From Malacoraja senta (Eukaryota), in NCBI GenBank assembly GCA_038087875.1, contig CM075999.1, forward strand, positions 2,916,001-2,980,000: a stretch of 64,000 nucleotides of DNA. Reading direction: 5' to 3'. The notes under the pieces are model-generated. The model saw only the letters and a list, made by a program, of their open reading frames with translations, made no database searches and had not been told where the DNA came from. This document shows, in pieces, positions 11,811 through 24,366 of the stretch. The position numbers were made by a program, and so were the translations under genes. Numbering within the stretch: position 1 is the first letter of the stretch; each line of letters opens with the position of its first letter.

Positions 11811-14800
11811 CGGCACAATGGCACAGTGGGTAGAGTTGCTGCCTCACAGAGCCCGAGATCTGGGTTCGATCCTGACTACGGGTGCTGTCTGTACGGACTT
11901 TGTGTGTTCTCCCCGTGACCTGCGTGACCTCCAGATTCCTTCCACACTCCAAAGACACACAGGTATGTCGGTCAACTGGCTGGTTATAGTGGTAAATTGT
12001 CCCTAGTGTGTAGGATATTGTGCGGGGGATCGCTGGTCGGTGAGGAGTCGAAGGACCTGTTTCCACGCTTTATCTCTGAACAAAATTAAACTACTACCAT
12101 CTCTACCTCCCCCACCACCCCTGGCAGTGCAGCCCCTGAACAGGCCCTTCAAAGTCTGTGCCAAACGATACGATTTTATCCCCTTATTTTGTACCTCCTA
12201 GCCTCCCTTTATTGAAGATAGTGTCATAGAAGTTTTGCTTGGATCAGTGGGTTTAGTTTAGTTTCGAGATACAGCACAGAAACTGGTATCTTCAGATGTC
12301 ACTGGACGTTATTTTGCTTTGTTTAGTTTACAGGTACAGCATGGAAAGAGGCCCTTCGGCCCACCGACCAATAGACAATAGGTGCAGGAGTAGGCCATTC
12401 GACCCTTCGAGCCAGCACCGCCATTCAATGTCATCATGGCTGATCACCCCAATCAGTACCCCGTTCCTGCCTTCTCCCCATATCCCCTGACTCCGCTATT
12501 TTTAAGAGCCCAATCTAGCTCTCTCTTGAATGTATCCAGAGAACCTGCCTCCACCGCCCTCTGAGGCTGAGAATTCCACAGACTCACAACTCTCTGTGAG
12601 GAAAAGTGTTTCCTCGTCTCCATTCTAAGAAAAAGTGTTTCCTCGTCTCTGTTCTAAATGGCTTACTCCTTATTCTTAAACTGTGGCTCCTGGTTCTGGA
12701 CTCCCCCAACATCGGGAACATGTTTCCTGCCTCTAGCGTGTCCAAACCCTTAACAATCTTATATGTTTCAATGAGATTCCCTCTCATCCTTCTAAACTCC
12801 AGAGACCAGTGATCACCCCATACAGTAACACTACCCAACACACCACGGATGATTTACAATTTTACCAAACCGATCAGCCTACAAACCTGTACGTCTCTGG
12901 AGTGTGGGAGGAAACCGGAGCACCCGGAGAAAACCCACGCAGGTCACGGGGAGAAGGTACAAACTCCGTACAGACAGCACCCGTAGTCGGGATCGAACCC
13001 GGGTCTCCGGCGCTGTAAGGAAGCAACTCTACCGCTGTGCCACCGTGCCAGCCTTCCACTAAACGGTATTCCCTTTATCCTGTATCTGTACACAGTGGAC
13101 GGATCAATTGTAATCATGTGTAATATTTTCGATGACTGGATAGCACGCAACAAAAAAAGCTTTTCACTGTACCTCGGTACACGTGACAATAAACTAAACT
13201 GAACAGAGGCCACGTCAACTATTATTTATTTACACTTCATCACAGTTAAAATGTTAGTTTAGTTTAGAGATGCACCATGAAAACAGACCCTTCGGTCCAC
13301 CGAGTCTGCGCCGACCAGCAATTACCCGTACAATAGTTCTATCCTTTACAGCAGCCAATTAACCTACAAACCTGCACGTCTTTGGAGTGTGGGAGGAAAA
13401 GTGAGCATCCGGAGAAAAACCCACGCAGTTCCACGGGGAGGACGTACAAACTCCGTACAGACAGCACCCGTGGTCAGGATCGAACCCGGGTCTCTGGCGC
13501 TGTGAGGTAGCAACTCTACTGCTGCACCACCATGCCGCAGGGCCTGTTTCCATGCTGTATGACTCAATACTGGTTTACAAAAAAAAGACCCAAAGTGCTG
13601 GAATAACCAAGCGGGCCAGGCCCCGTCTCTGGAGAACGTGGATAGGCGACGTTTCGGGTCGGGACCCTTCTTTAGTAAAAGGGAGGGTTTGTAACAATGA
13701 GAACTGCAGCCTGGTAAACACACAGACCGCTCGCTGCCAGGCGTGTTATGGGCCGGGCTCTATCCTGTGGTTTGGTGACTTCACGGTGCCAGAATGAGGA
13801 AACTGCAGTAATCATAAACCCACCAAAACAAACTAGCTTCTTAAAGGGGAAACGCAACACACAGATGCACTTCACACAACGTGTCCTTGCAGCCCACATC
13901 ATATTAAGTCAGTGTTAATGCAGGAACAATGTTCCCCATGTTGGGGGAGTCCAGAACCAGGGCTCACAGTTTAAGAATAAGGGGTAGGCCATTTTGGAAT
14001 GAGATGAGGAAAGACTTTTTCACCCAGAGAGTTGTGAATCTGTGGTATTCTCTGCCACAGAAGGCCAGTGGAGGCCAATTCACTGGATGTTTTCAAGAGA
14101 GGGTTAGATATAGCTCTTAGGGCTAACGGAATCAGGGGATATGGGGAGAAAGCAGGAATGGGGTACTGATTCTGGATGATCAGCCATGCTCATATTGAAT
14201 GGCGGTGCTGGCTCAAAGTCAGAATGGCCTACTCCTGCACCTATTGTCTATGTTTCTTTTGAGTATTACAGCGTGGAAACAGGCCCTTCGGCCCAAGTGA
14301 CTTTTGAGTGAGGGGTGTATGTCTCAAGCTGCCAGAGGAGGTCGTCGAGGCAGGTATTAAAACTGCACTTAAAAGTCATTTGGACAGGTAGATGCATAGG
14401 AAAGGGAATATGGACCAAACTGCGGGCAGGTGGGACTAGTGCAGATTGGTGCATTTTTGGTTAGCATGGACACATTGGGCCAAATGGCCTTTCCTTGCAG
14501 TATGATTCGATGATTCTAATGCAAGTCTATCCAAGTCTTTAGTGCAACCAATGGGTGTCCACCCTCAGTCTGAAGGGTCCCGACCTGAATCATCACCTAT
14601 CTACATTCTCCAGAGATGCTGCCTTACCTGCTGAGTTACTCCAGCACTTTGTGTCTTTATTTTTTGTAAACCAGCGCCTGCAGGTCCTTGTTCCTACCCG
14701 TTACCCCAGCACTCTCTGCCTCAGAGGGTGGTGGAGGCCGGTTCTCTGGATGCTTACAAGAGAGAGCTAGATAGGGCTCTTTGGGATATGAGGAGAAGGC

Positions 14801-14914
14801 AGGAACGGGGTACTGATTGGGGATGATCAGCCATGATCACATTGAATGGTGGCGCTGGCTCGAAGGGCCGAATGGCCTACTCCCGCACCTATTGTCTAGG
14901 CTCTATTGTTTATT

Positions 14915-15180
14915 GTGTGTCTTTTTTGTAAACCAGCACCTGCAATTCCTTGTTTCTGTGAGTACTCCAGCACGTTGTGTGTTGTGTGTGTGTTTTTTTT
15001 TGTAAACCAGCACCTGCAGTTCCTTGTTTCTGTGAGTACTCCAGCACGTTGTGTGTTGTGTGTGTGTTTTTTTTTGTTGTAAACCAGCACCTGCCGTTCC
15101 TTGTTCTTACGTGTTACCCCAGCACTTTGTGTCTTGTTTTGTAAACCAGCACCTGCAGTTCCTTGTTTCTACTCGTTACC
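14915..15180 (+). repeat. Tandem array (about 60-78-bp units) derived from a repeat tail
   Basis: TGTAAACCAGCACCTGC..TTCCTTGTT occurs four times. Confidence 0.85.
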
Positions 15181-15482
15181 CCGGTTTGGTGGGTCTGCGG
15201 TGAATGGGGAGTGTGCTTGTTACCCGACACCCGAGTCAGCGATCAACCGTGCAGGAAGGAACTGCAGATGCTGGTTTATATCTGCAGTATATCTGGCCTA
15301 CATCTCTCGTTTCCCTCTCCCCCGACTCTCAGTCTGAAGAACGGCTCACCCATTCCTCCTCTGAAGAAGGGTTTCGGCCCGAAACGTTGCCTATTTCCTT
15401 CGCTCCATAGATGCTGCTGCACCCGCTGAGTTTCTCCAGCACTTTTGTCTACCTTCGATTTTCCAGCATCTGCAGTTCCTTC

Positions 15483-15688
15483 TTGAACCCATTCCTCCTC
15501 TCCAGAGATGATGCTGCCTGTCAGGCCGAGTTACTCCAGCATTTTGTGTCTTTATTCGGTGTAAACCAGCATCTGCAGTTCCTTCTTGAACCCATTCCTC
15601 CTCTCCAGAGATGCTGCTGCCTGTCAGGCCGAGTTACTCCAGCATTTTGTGTCTTTATTCGGTGTAAACCAGCACCTGCAGTTCCTTC
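15483..15688 (+). repeat. About 104-bp direct duplication of a pLTR-derived segment
   Basis: TTGAACCCATTCCTCCTCTCCAGAGATG...GCAGTTCCTTC occurs twice. Confidence 0.85.
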
Positions 15689-15860
15689 TCACACAAGGCA
15701 CAAAATGCAGGAGTAACTGAACGGGACGGGGCAGCATCTGTGGAGAGAAGGGATGGGGTCGAGAGACCCTCAGTAACTAAATTCCAGCGGAGTTGAGTCA
15801 TTCCAGCACTGCCTTTTGTGCCCCCTGTCTGTCTATCTTCAATGATGAGGCCGCACTCAC

Positions 15861-16075
15861 CTGAAGCGCTCCTGCCCCGCAGTGTCCCACAGCTGAAGTT
15901 TGATCCGACAACCAGGCTCCACTTCCAGCAGGTGGGCGTAGAAGTCCACCCCCACCGTGGGATCCTGTACCTCGGTGAAGGTGCCGCCGGTGAAGCGCTT
16001 GAGCAGCGAGGACTTGCCCACGGTGGAGTCGCCCAGCAGTATAATGCGGAACTGATACTGCCAGACCTCGTCCAT
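15861..16075 (-). CDS. RAB42: Rab42 (Rab39 subfamily) small GTPase, coding exon 1
   Basis: Encodes MDEVWQYQFRIILLGDSTVGKSSLL...DPTVGVDFY...KLQLWDTAGQERFR, with P-loop, switch I and WDTAGQE. Ends at a phase-2 AG|GTGAGT donor at 15860. The WQYQFRIILLGDSTVGKSSLLKRFT start matches fish Rab42 as I recall it. Confidence 0.88.
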
Positions 16076-16283
16076 CGTGACTCACTCTCACTCTCTTCTC
16101 CCCCCACCCACCCACACGCAACAAACAAACTTTTCTTCCCAAAGTGGGGGGCAAACTTCTCCCCAGTCACGGAAGCGGAGAATGTCTGCGTCTAGCCTCG
16201 CATTGGTGCACTCATTTCCCTGCATCATGTGATAGCCTCCGGCTACCCAGTCCCACGTGTAGGGCAGGTTTAGACTGATATCT

Positions 16284-17075
16284 GGAGAAACTCAAAGGTA
16301 CACAAAAATGCTGGAGAAACTCAGCGGGTGCAGCAGCATCTATGGGAGCGAAGGAAATAGGCAACGTTTCAGGCCGAAACCCTTCTTCAGACTGATAGGG
16401 GGTGGGGAGAAGAAAGGAAAAATGGGAAAAAGGCGGAGGAGGAGCCCGAGGGCTGGGGGACGGGAGGAGACAACCAGATGGCTGATGAAGGGGAGGGGAC
16501 AGCAGAATTGGGAGAATTCAATGTTGAGGCCCCCAGGATGTAGACTGCCCAAGCGGAATATGAGGTGCATTTCCTCCAATTTACGGTGTTGCTCGCTGTG
16601 GCCATGGAGGAGACCCAGGACAGAGAGGTCAGATACGGAATGGGAGGGGGGAGTTGAAGTGCTGAGCCACCGGGAGGGAGTTCAGGTTGGTTATTGCGGA
16701 CCGACCGGAGGTGTTCGGCGAAACGATCGCCAAGCCTCCGCTTGGTCTCACCGATGTAGATCAGCTGGCATCTGGAGCAGCGGATGCAATAGATGAGGTT
16801 GGAGGAGATGCAGGTGAACCTCTGTCGCACCTGGAACGACTGGAGAAACTCAACGGGTGCAGCAGCATCTATGGAGCGAAGGAAATAGGCAACGTTTCGG
16901 GCCGAAAACCCTTCAGGAAGGAAATAGGTAACGTTTCGGGCCGAAACCCGGAAGGGTTTCGGGCCGAAACGTTGCCTATTTCCTTCGCTCCATAGATGCT
17001 GCTGCACCCGCTGAGTTTCTCCAGCATTTTTGTGTACCTTCGATTTTCCAGCATCTGCAGTTCCTTCTTTAACAC
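16284..17075 (-). mobile_element. 5'-truncated Penelope-like element (GIY-YIG endonuclease end with direct and inverted pseudo-LTRs)
   Basis: Encodes FTCISSNLIYCIRCSRCQLIYIGETKRRLGDRFAEH and LIFRLGSLHPGGLNIEF. Flanked by a 14-bp duplication TTAGACTGATATCT at 16270-16283 and 17076-17089. Confidence 0.88.
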
Positions 17076-18036
17076 TTAGACTGATATCTTATTAGTAAGT
17101 AAGTACATTTTATTTATATAGCACGTTTAAATCAACTCGCGTTGAAACCAAAGTGCTATACATAGAAAAAATAATTAATTTTCCGTACATCCATAGAAAA
17201 ATAAAAAAAAGAAAAAGAAAAATGACAACATTATAGAATTATTACTCATTTACTACACTGCTCCCAAACTACACTGCAATTGTGCTAAAAAATGTCCCCA
17301 TATATATATACCCCCTCCCCCTCACCCGTTCAAAAATAATTTCAAAGAAGAGAGACAAAAAATGCTGGAGTAACTCAGAGGGACAGGCAGCATCTCTGGA
17401 GAGAAAGGATTTCTTTAGTCAGACGGTGGTGAATCTGTGGAAATCTTTGCCACAGAAGGCTCTGGAGGCCAGGTCCGTGGATATTTTGAAGGCAGAGATA
17501 GATTCTTGATTGGTACGGGCATCAGGGGTTATTGGGAGAAGGCAGGAGAATGGGGTCAGTGGGGAGAGCGATCATTTAGAACGGAGATGAGGAGCGATGC
17601 TCCTGGTAGGGTCATCCATGGCGGTAAGGTCGAGGGGGAGGTCTCTGACAAAGAGCCAATCCAACCAAGACCTCAACATTGGAACAGGCGGAGGACGATG
17701 GCTGACCTTAGTGGAGCGTCACAACGGCTGGGAAGGTGGATGAAGGCTGCAGCAGAAAAGGGTCTCCGGTCGTCTTGGTCTCCATGCCACTGGATCCTGA
17801 CCGAGATCTGTCAAGGACCATGGGGTGGCTGTCTGTGCACCAGTCTCCCCACCAGTGATGGAAATGGATTTTAGGAACTAGGGGTAGCTAAGGTCCGTGA
17901 GGCTGAGGTTGGGAAGGAAGGGAGGGGGGGATTTTATATGTGCGGTCATACCCATGTAAGAGTACAAGAATCCATAACTTGTGTATTGTGTATTTGTAAT
18001 ACAGTTTATTGTGTATTATATGTCATAGCTGCTTTC

Positions 18037-18078
<42 letters not shown>

Positions 18079-20039
18079 TGGCTGCAGCCATCGTCTGCTT
18101 CGGTGAGGGAAGCAGGTCGGTGATTGGTCACAATGCCCCTCGGAGACTGTGTCTGATTGGCCGATGAGTGACCAGCGCATTATGTACGTTTTAAGAAATT
18201 CTCCCGTGAATTTTATGCAAAGGAACGCGGCATCATTAAAACTTGGTCAAAACACAATTATATTTACTGAGGAATGTGGATCGATTTATTGATGACACAT
18301 TGTATAACTACGTGTTAACTACTGGCTGTTAACAAGTGCTAACAGTGGTAGTTAACAAATCGTTTTCGTCTCATGGCCAGTGCAGCGGTGACTCGTTCTA
18401 ACGATTATCCATGGTCGTCTTTAAAAAAAATCCGTATTTAACAACTCCGACTCCCTTCTTGTACAGAAATTCGACATAAACTCAAAACCGAAAAGCAGGG
18501 GAACCGTCCCCCTGCGTATCCCCCCCCCCCCCCACCATTTCCATCACTGCTCCCCACGTTAAACAAAGTCACGCACAGGCATCCTAAAAAGGACAGTCAT
18601 ACTCGTTTCGAGTGACCGCTGATGATGACTTTACAGAGACAGCATCTTATCTTGAAAGGATTGTGGCCGGCCAATATCAAGGAGCGAGTAGTAATTTAAA
18701 GCTTGTTGAAATTTAAGGATTAACAATTTCACTGTGACTGCGTTCAATCATTCCGTAACATCAATCTTTTTTTAAATGAAGCACAAAGTGCTGGAGGAAC
18801 TCAGAGGGTGGTGGAGCATCTGTGAAGGGAATTGACAGACAATGTTTTGGGTCAGGAACCTTCATGCCATCTGAAGAAGGGTCCTGACCCGGAAAGTCAT
18901 CTGCCCATTCCCTCCACAGATGCTGCCTGACCAGCTGAGTTACTCCAGCACTTTGTTTTGCTCAAGATCCCAGCGCCTGCAGTTCCTTGTCTCCCCCTTC
19001 TTTAACTGCACAGGGATATTGAGTCATACCCAATCACAAAGCATGGAAACATGCCCTTCACGTACGTCTATGCTGACCAAGGAACCACATTTAAACTAGT
19101 CCCATATCCTGCTAAATCTTTCCTGTCTATTTACCTATTCAAATGTCTTTTAAATGCTGCTGTTGCACCTGTCCCCATCTACTTCCTCTATCAGCTCGTT
19201 CCACATACCCACCCCTCTCTGTGTGACAATGTTGACACTGGTTCCTATTAACTCTTTCCCCTCTAACCTTCAACCTATGTCTTTTAGTTCTTGATGGGGG
19301 GTCAAGGAAAGAGCATTCCTGTCGCGGCCCTGTTTCCACGCACAAGCGCAAGACAGACACCATTGTGTGCAGATGCCGAGAAGTGTGTTCAGCTCTGGCT
19401 GACCAACTTCTAATCTTGTGTGTGGACTCGAAAAGTAGAAGAAGTTCTTGATTTCCCTACCCTAGGAGTACACTCAACCAGGTCCAGAACCAAGGGCCAC
19501 AGTTTAAGAATAAGGAATAAGCCATTTAGAACGGAGACGAGGAAACACTTTTTCTCACAGAGAGTGGTGAGTCTGTGGAATTCTCTGCCTCAGAGGGTGG
19601 TGGAGGCAGGTTCTCTGGATGCTTTCAAGAGAGAGCTAGATGGGGCTCTTAAAAATAGCGGAGTCAGGGGATATGGGGAGAAGGCAGGAACGGGGTACTG
19701 ATTGGGGATGATCACATTGAATGGCGGTGCTGGCTCGAAGGGCCAAATGGCCTACTCCTGCACCTATTGTCTATTGTCACTGCATTCACCCTAATTATAC
19801 ACCGTAAGATATTAATATATATTTGGTATAACATTTTCACACATTAAAATATCCCATGCATTTGAATGGCAATAAAAAGGTCATCTCTCAAGTCTGGATT
19901 ATGATCTAGATTTTCCAATTTCTTTTTCAGACTTATTTATGAAATCCTAATTTTGGCTGAGAAATGCGTCTGTAAATCTAGCTAAACGTACTGTGTCTCG
20001 AAGAAATACTACCCAGTTGGGCATTCCGTTTAAATGATA

Positions 20040-20347
20040 CGGTGGTGCAGCGGTAGAGTTGCTGCCTTACTGCGAATGCAGCGCCGGAGACCCGGGTTCG
20101 ATCCCGACTACGGGTGCTGTCTGTACGCAGTTTGTACGTTCTCCCCGTGACCTGCGTGGGTTTTCTCTGAGATCTTCGGTTTTCTCCCACACTCCAAAGA
20201 CGTACAGGTTTGCAGGTTAATTGGCTTGGTAAATGTAAAAATGGTCCCTAGTGGGTGTAGGGTGGTGTTAATGTGCGGGGATCGCTGGTCGGCGTGGACC
20301 CGGTGGGCCGAAGGGCCTGTTTCTGCGCTGTGTGTTTTAAACTAAAC
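20040..20347 (+). mobile_element. tRNA-derived V-SINE (HE1-like), representative intact copy
   Basis: Has an A box (TGGTGCAGCGGTAG), a B box (GGTTCGATCCC), a V-domain-like CGGTTTTCTCCCACACTCCAAAGAC and a CR1-like tail GGGCCGAAGGGCCTGTTTC..TAAACTAAAC. Other copies at about 532, 1068, 2740, 11810, 12830(-), 13260(-), 23581, 26060(-), 27520, 31050(-), 32490(-), 34795(-), 35925(-), 37740, 54300(-), 54800(-), 57600(-) and 59700(-). Confidence 0.85.
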
Positions 20348-23183
20348 GAGGAGGAATCCATACCTTGAATCGTTTTATATTATTTCCAATTAGTTGTTTC
20401 TAATGGTGGTAATTGTTCCTTCAATGAACCCAATGCGTCTTCAGTTTCCTTGCTCAAGTGACCATTCTTTGATAGGAAGGAACTGCAGATGCTGGTTTAC
20501 ACCGAAGACAGACACAAGATGCAGGAGTAACTCGGCGGGACAGGCAGCGTCTCTGGGGAGAAGGAATGGGTGACGTTTTGGGTCGAGACTGGAAGACGTC
20601 TGAAGAGACCTAAAGTAGTTTGGGTCTAAAGAAGGGTCTCCACCCGAAACGCCACCCATTCCTTCTCTCCAGAGATGCTGCCTGTCCCGCTGAGTTACAC
20701 CAGCATTTTGTGTCAACCATTCTTCGATGTGTACAGGCAGCATCTCTGGAGAACATGAATATGCGCCTTCTTCCCCATTCAAAACGCACCGGTCCATGTT
20801 CCCCAGAGATGCTGCCTGACTCGCTGAGTTACTCCAGCACTTCGTGCCCTTTTTTTTTTTAAAGTACTTCCTGCAGTCGTAGTTAGAATATTGTGTTTGG
20901 TTTTGGTCACACTGTTTTTGGAAAGATGTTGTTAAGCTGTAAAGGGTGCAGCAAAGATTTACGAGGAAGTTGTCGGGATGTTGTGTTCCTAAGCTGGACT
21001 GCTTTACGTTTAAATGTTTACATTTCATGTTTTCTTCCAGCACTGGGCACTTCATTTGTTAAAACATTGTTCTGTTATTGGGAGAAGAATACTATCAACT
21101 CTGAATTCAACCTGTAGCATTCATACCAATTTTGAAGTACAATTTCTTAAATCCAACGCTCAAATATATTTTTTATTGAATGTTGTGACATTAATTATGG
21201 CTCTTTACTTGGCATCGTACAATGACCATTGGTTTGTTCGTTTAAAAACTGCAAGTACATCTCCCTCCTGTTACAATTTGAAAGATACTCCACGTAAACA
21301 AAAAAAGTGCAAAAAAGATTTTTAAATATAGTAGGCATTTAAGTTTGTCTTCTTTAAAAAAACAAAAAACGTTCTTATATTCTTCTCGCCACCACATAAC
21401 ACACTCACAACATTGCAAACCCTGGGGTGGAAGATTGCAACCTTCACGTGGTCCGCCCTGTTTCGACTAATGCAATTAACTCGACGTGCACAAGGAAGAT
21501 CAAATAGAACAAGTTGTCCAACAACTTTAGGCTGTGCACGCCACACAAAAGACGATTGCAAACCCTTATCAATGCAGATAAAACCAGTTACTGACAGGTA
21601 TCCAGGTAGGATTACTTCCCACGTTTGCTTGTTCTTACTGGTCATCTTCACTGTGAATATTTGGATGAAGGAATTTACACACATAAAATTGCAAATATAA
21701 CCATAAACACAATAGATGTGTATAAGGCAATAACAGAAAAACAACCAATTAAATTCAACCACATACATTTACATCACTCCTATAATCATAGAATATTTTC
21801 TTTAAACTCAAGAAAGAATAATTGGCCATTTCAGTTCGACTACAGTGTAATAGTCCCGAGCGCATTAGCAAAACAACTCAACACATATTAAGTAACGGAA
21901 ATCTTTCAGCATTTTAGGATTCTAGACAGATGGCACATATTGCAGGCTAATCTAAGCCTTCGCTACTGGGAAGCCAGGTATAGTTTCTGAAGTGTTTTAT
22001 AAAGCTTATCTGCATATACTACACAATTTGTTCAGAGCTCGTGATTGTTTCTGGGGGAGGGGGGTGTAGGTTCTTTTAAAAGGCTCTTTCTGGAGTCTTG
22101 TCGGTGTGTTCTTATTAAATGGTTCAAACCAAGGCTATCTGGATTTTAGAAACAAGGAACTGCAGAGGCTGGTTTACAAAAAACAAAACAAAGTGCGAGA
22201 GTAACTCTGGAGAACACGGATAAGAGATCTTTTGGGTCGGGACGCCTCTTCAGTCTGAAGAAGTGTCCAGACCTAAAACGCCATCTACCCATGTCCTCCA
22301 GAGATGATTGCCTGACCCGCTGAGTTACTCCAGTACTTTGGAACGCTATCTGGATTCTCATTACTTTCCCCATACTGCAGTCGTTTCTTTCCTGTTTTGA
22401 TGACACACATTTGTCTAACAGATGAAGTGAACAAAACCAGCTTTCAATTAGCTGTCCCCGAAAGCTTTAACACACCCGCAGAAAGGCCCTCGTCACTCGT
22501 GAGTATTGACTAACTCTGCAAACCCTGTTTTAGTCCAGTGGGATTTAGTAGCTTGGCATATTCTGCGCCTTACTTTGGTGATGAAACGCACTACAAGCCA
22601 GTACCTCTTGCGCCAATCCTACGTATTAGCTGTGAAGAGGAACAGAGGGGATTTTTGCAGTTTTATGGAGAGAGCAGGTAAACAAACACTGCAATGGAAG
22701 AAGTGGCTTCCTAGAAGAAGTGTCTGCGCAGCTGCTGCTGAAATCGACAAACAAATTAACACACATACACATCCTGCCTAACAGTTTTTTTTTCAATTAA
22801 TATTGTACTGAAAATAAAATTAATTTTATAATTAATACCAAAACCTGGTCTTCAACAAACATAAATGTAGCATTGAGAACAATAATAAAATGGGTGATGC
22901 AGAGATATGTTTAAAAATACAAACAAAAGAAAACTGACAGTATTCTTTACCTCTTTGGCAAAGGCATGAGGCTCGGGTAGGTGAGGGCCATGGGTGATGA
23001 GAATAAGAAGATAGACTCAAAAAGCTGGGGTAACTCAGCAGGACAGGCAGCATCTCTGGAGAGAAGGAATGGGTGACGTTTCAGCAGTTACTCCAGCATT
23101 TTGTGTCTATCTTGGGTTTAAAGCAGCACCTGCGGTTCCTTCCTACACACCGTTATGAGAACAGGTTTGCTGCTGCAAGCTCT

Positions 23184-23314
23184 TTAATCCTCTTCTTGAA
23201 GCAATGCCTCGATTTCTTTCTCCCAGGCGTCGCTCACTTTTGCTTTCCCTTCAACAATTTCGAACTCCTGCAGTTCACGCTGCAGCTCCTTCTCCCACTC
23301 CGGGATGTCGTCCG
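23184..23314 (-). CDS. SYAP1: SYAP1-like exon 9 (last coding exon)
   Basis: DDIPEWEKELQRELQEFEIV...AWEKEIEALLQEED then TAA stop at 23186-23184. Confidence 0.88.
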
Positions 23315-24366
23315 CTAGGAAGAGAAATGTGAACCATCTATGAAATGTTTACAAATAACGATTAAATGTGTTGGGAGGAACTGCAGATGGTGGTTTATGC
23401 TGAAGATAATGCTGGAGTAACTCAGCGGGTCAGGCAGCGCCTCTGGAGAAAAGGAATAGGTGATGTTTCGGGTCTGAACCATTTTTCAGATTAAATATAA
23501 TCACTAACATGGCTATAATCAGGCTTAACACTATGGAGCGGCTAGTTAGTTTTCCCTTTCCAATCTTTATTCGGTAACAAGGGCAGCACGGTGGCGCAGC
23601 GGTAGAGTTACTGCCTCACAGCGGCAGAGGCCCGGGTTTGATCCGAACTACGGGTGCTGTCTTTGCGGAGTTTGTACGTTCTCCCCGTGACCTGCGTGGG
23701 TTTTCTCCGGGATCTCCGGTTTCCTCCCACACGCCAAAGATGTGCAGGTTTGCAGGTTAATTGGCTTGGTATCATTGTAAACTGTCCCTAGTGTGTGTAG
23801 GATAGTCAAGTCAAGTCACTTTTATTTCTATAGCACATTTAAAAAACAACTCTCGTTAGCCAAAGTGCTTTAGAGGTGGTGGAGGTACTAACGTTATACA
23901 ACAGTGGTTCATAGATTAAGTACATACATAAATACATACATATAGCCCTCCCTCAGAGGACGTCAAGAAAGGCTTGAGAGTAAGGGGATCAGGGGGTATG
24001 GAGAGAAGGCAGGTACGGGATACTGAGTTGGATGATCAGCCATGATCATATTGAATGGCAGTGCAGGCTCGAAGGGCCGAATGGCCTACTCCTGCACCTA
24101 TTTTCTATGTATCTATGTAAAGGTGAGTTTTAAGTCTCGACTCAAAACGTAGTGTAAGTGTGCGGGGATTGCTGGTTGGCGCGGACTTGTTGGGCCGAAG
24201 GGCCTGTTTCTGCTCTGTATCTCCAGACTAAACTAAACTAAATTCCTCATGAGACTGATTTGTGTGTGCGCTCCAGCACGTCAAGATCAAGTTCTGGTCG
24301 ACAGTGAAATCATAGAACAACGTCAGGAGAGTTTAGGTGACGTTTCGAGTCAAGTCCCTTCTTCAG

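Noticed and set aside
14915..15180. CRISPR-like repeat spacing
   Set aside because: Eukaryotic intron, the spacers are near-identical, and there are no cas genes.
20040..20115. tRNA-like A and B boxes
   Set aside because: SINE heads that continue into the SINE body; no complete cloverleaf.
20441..21768. Several 70-200-aa ORFs
   Set aside because: Repeat-derived or AT-rich sequence, probably SYAP1-like 3' UTR or flank; no homology recognised.
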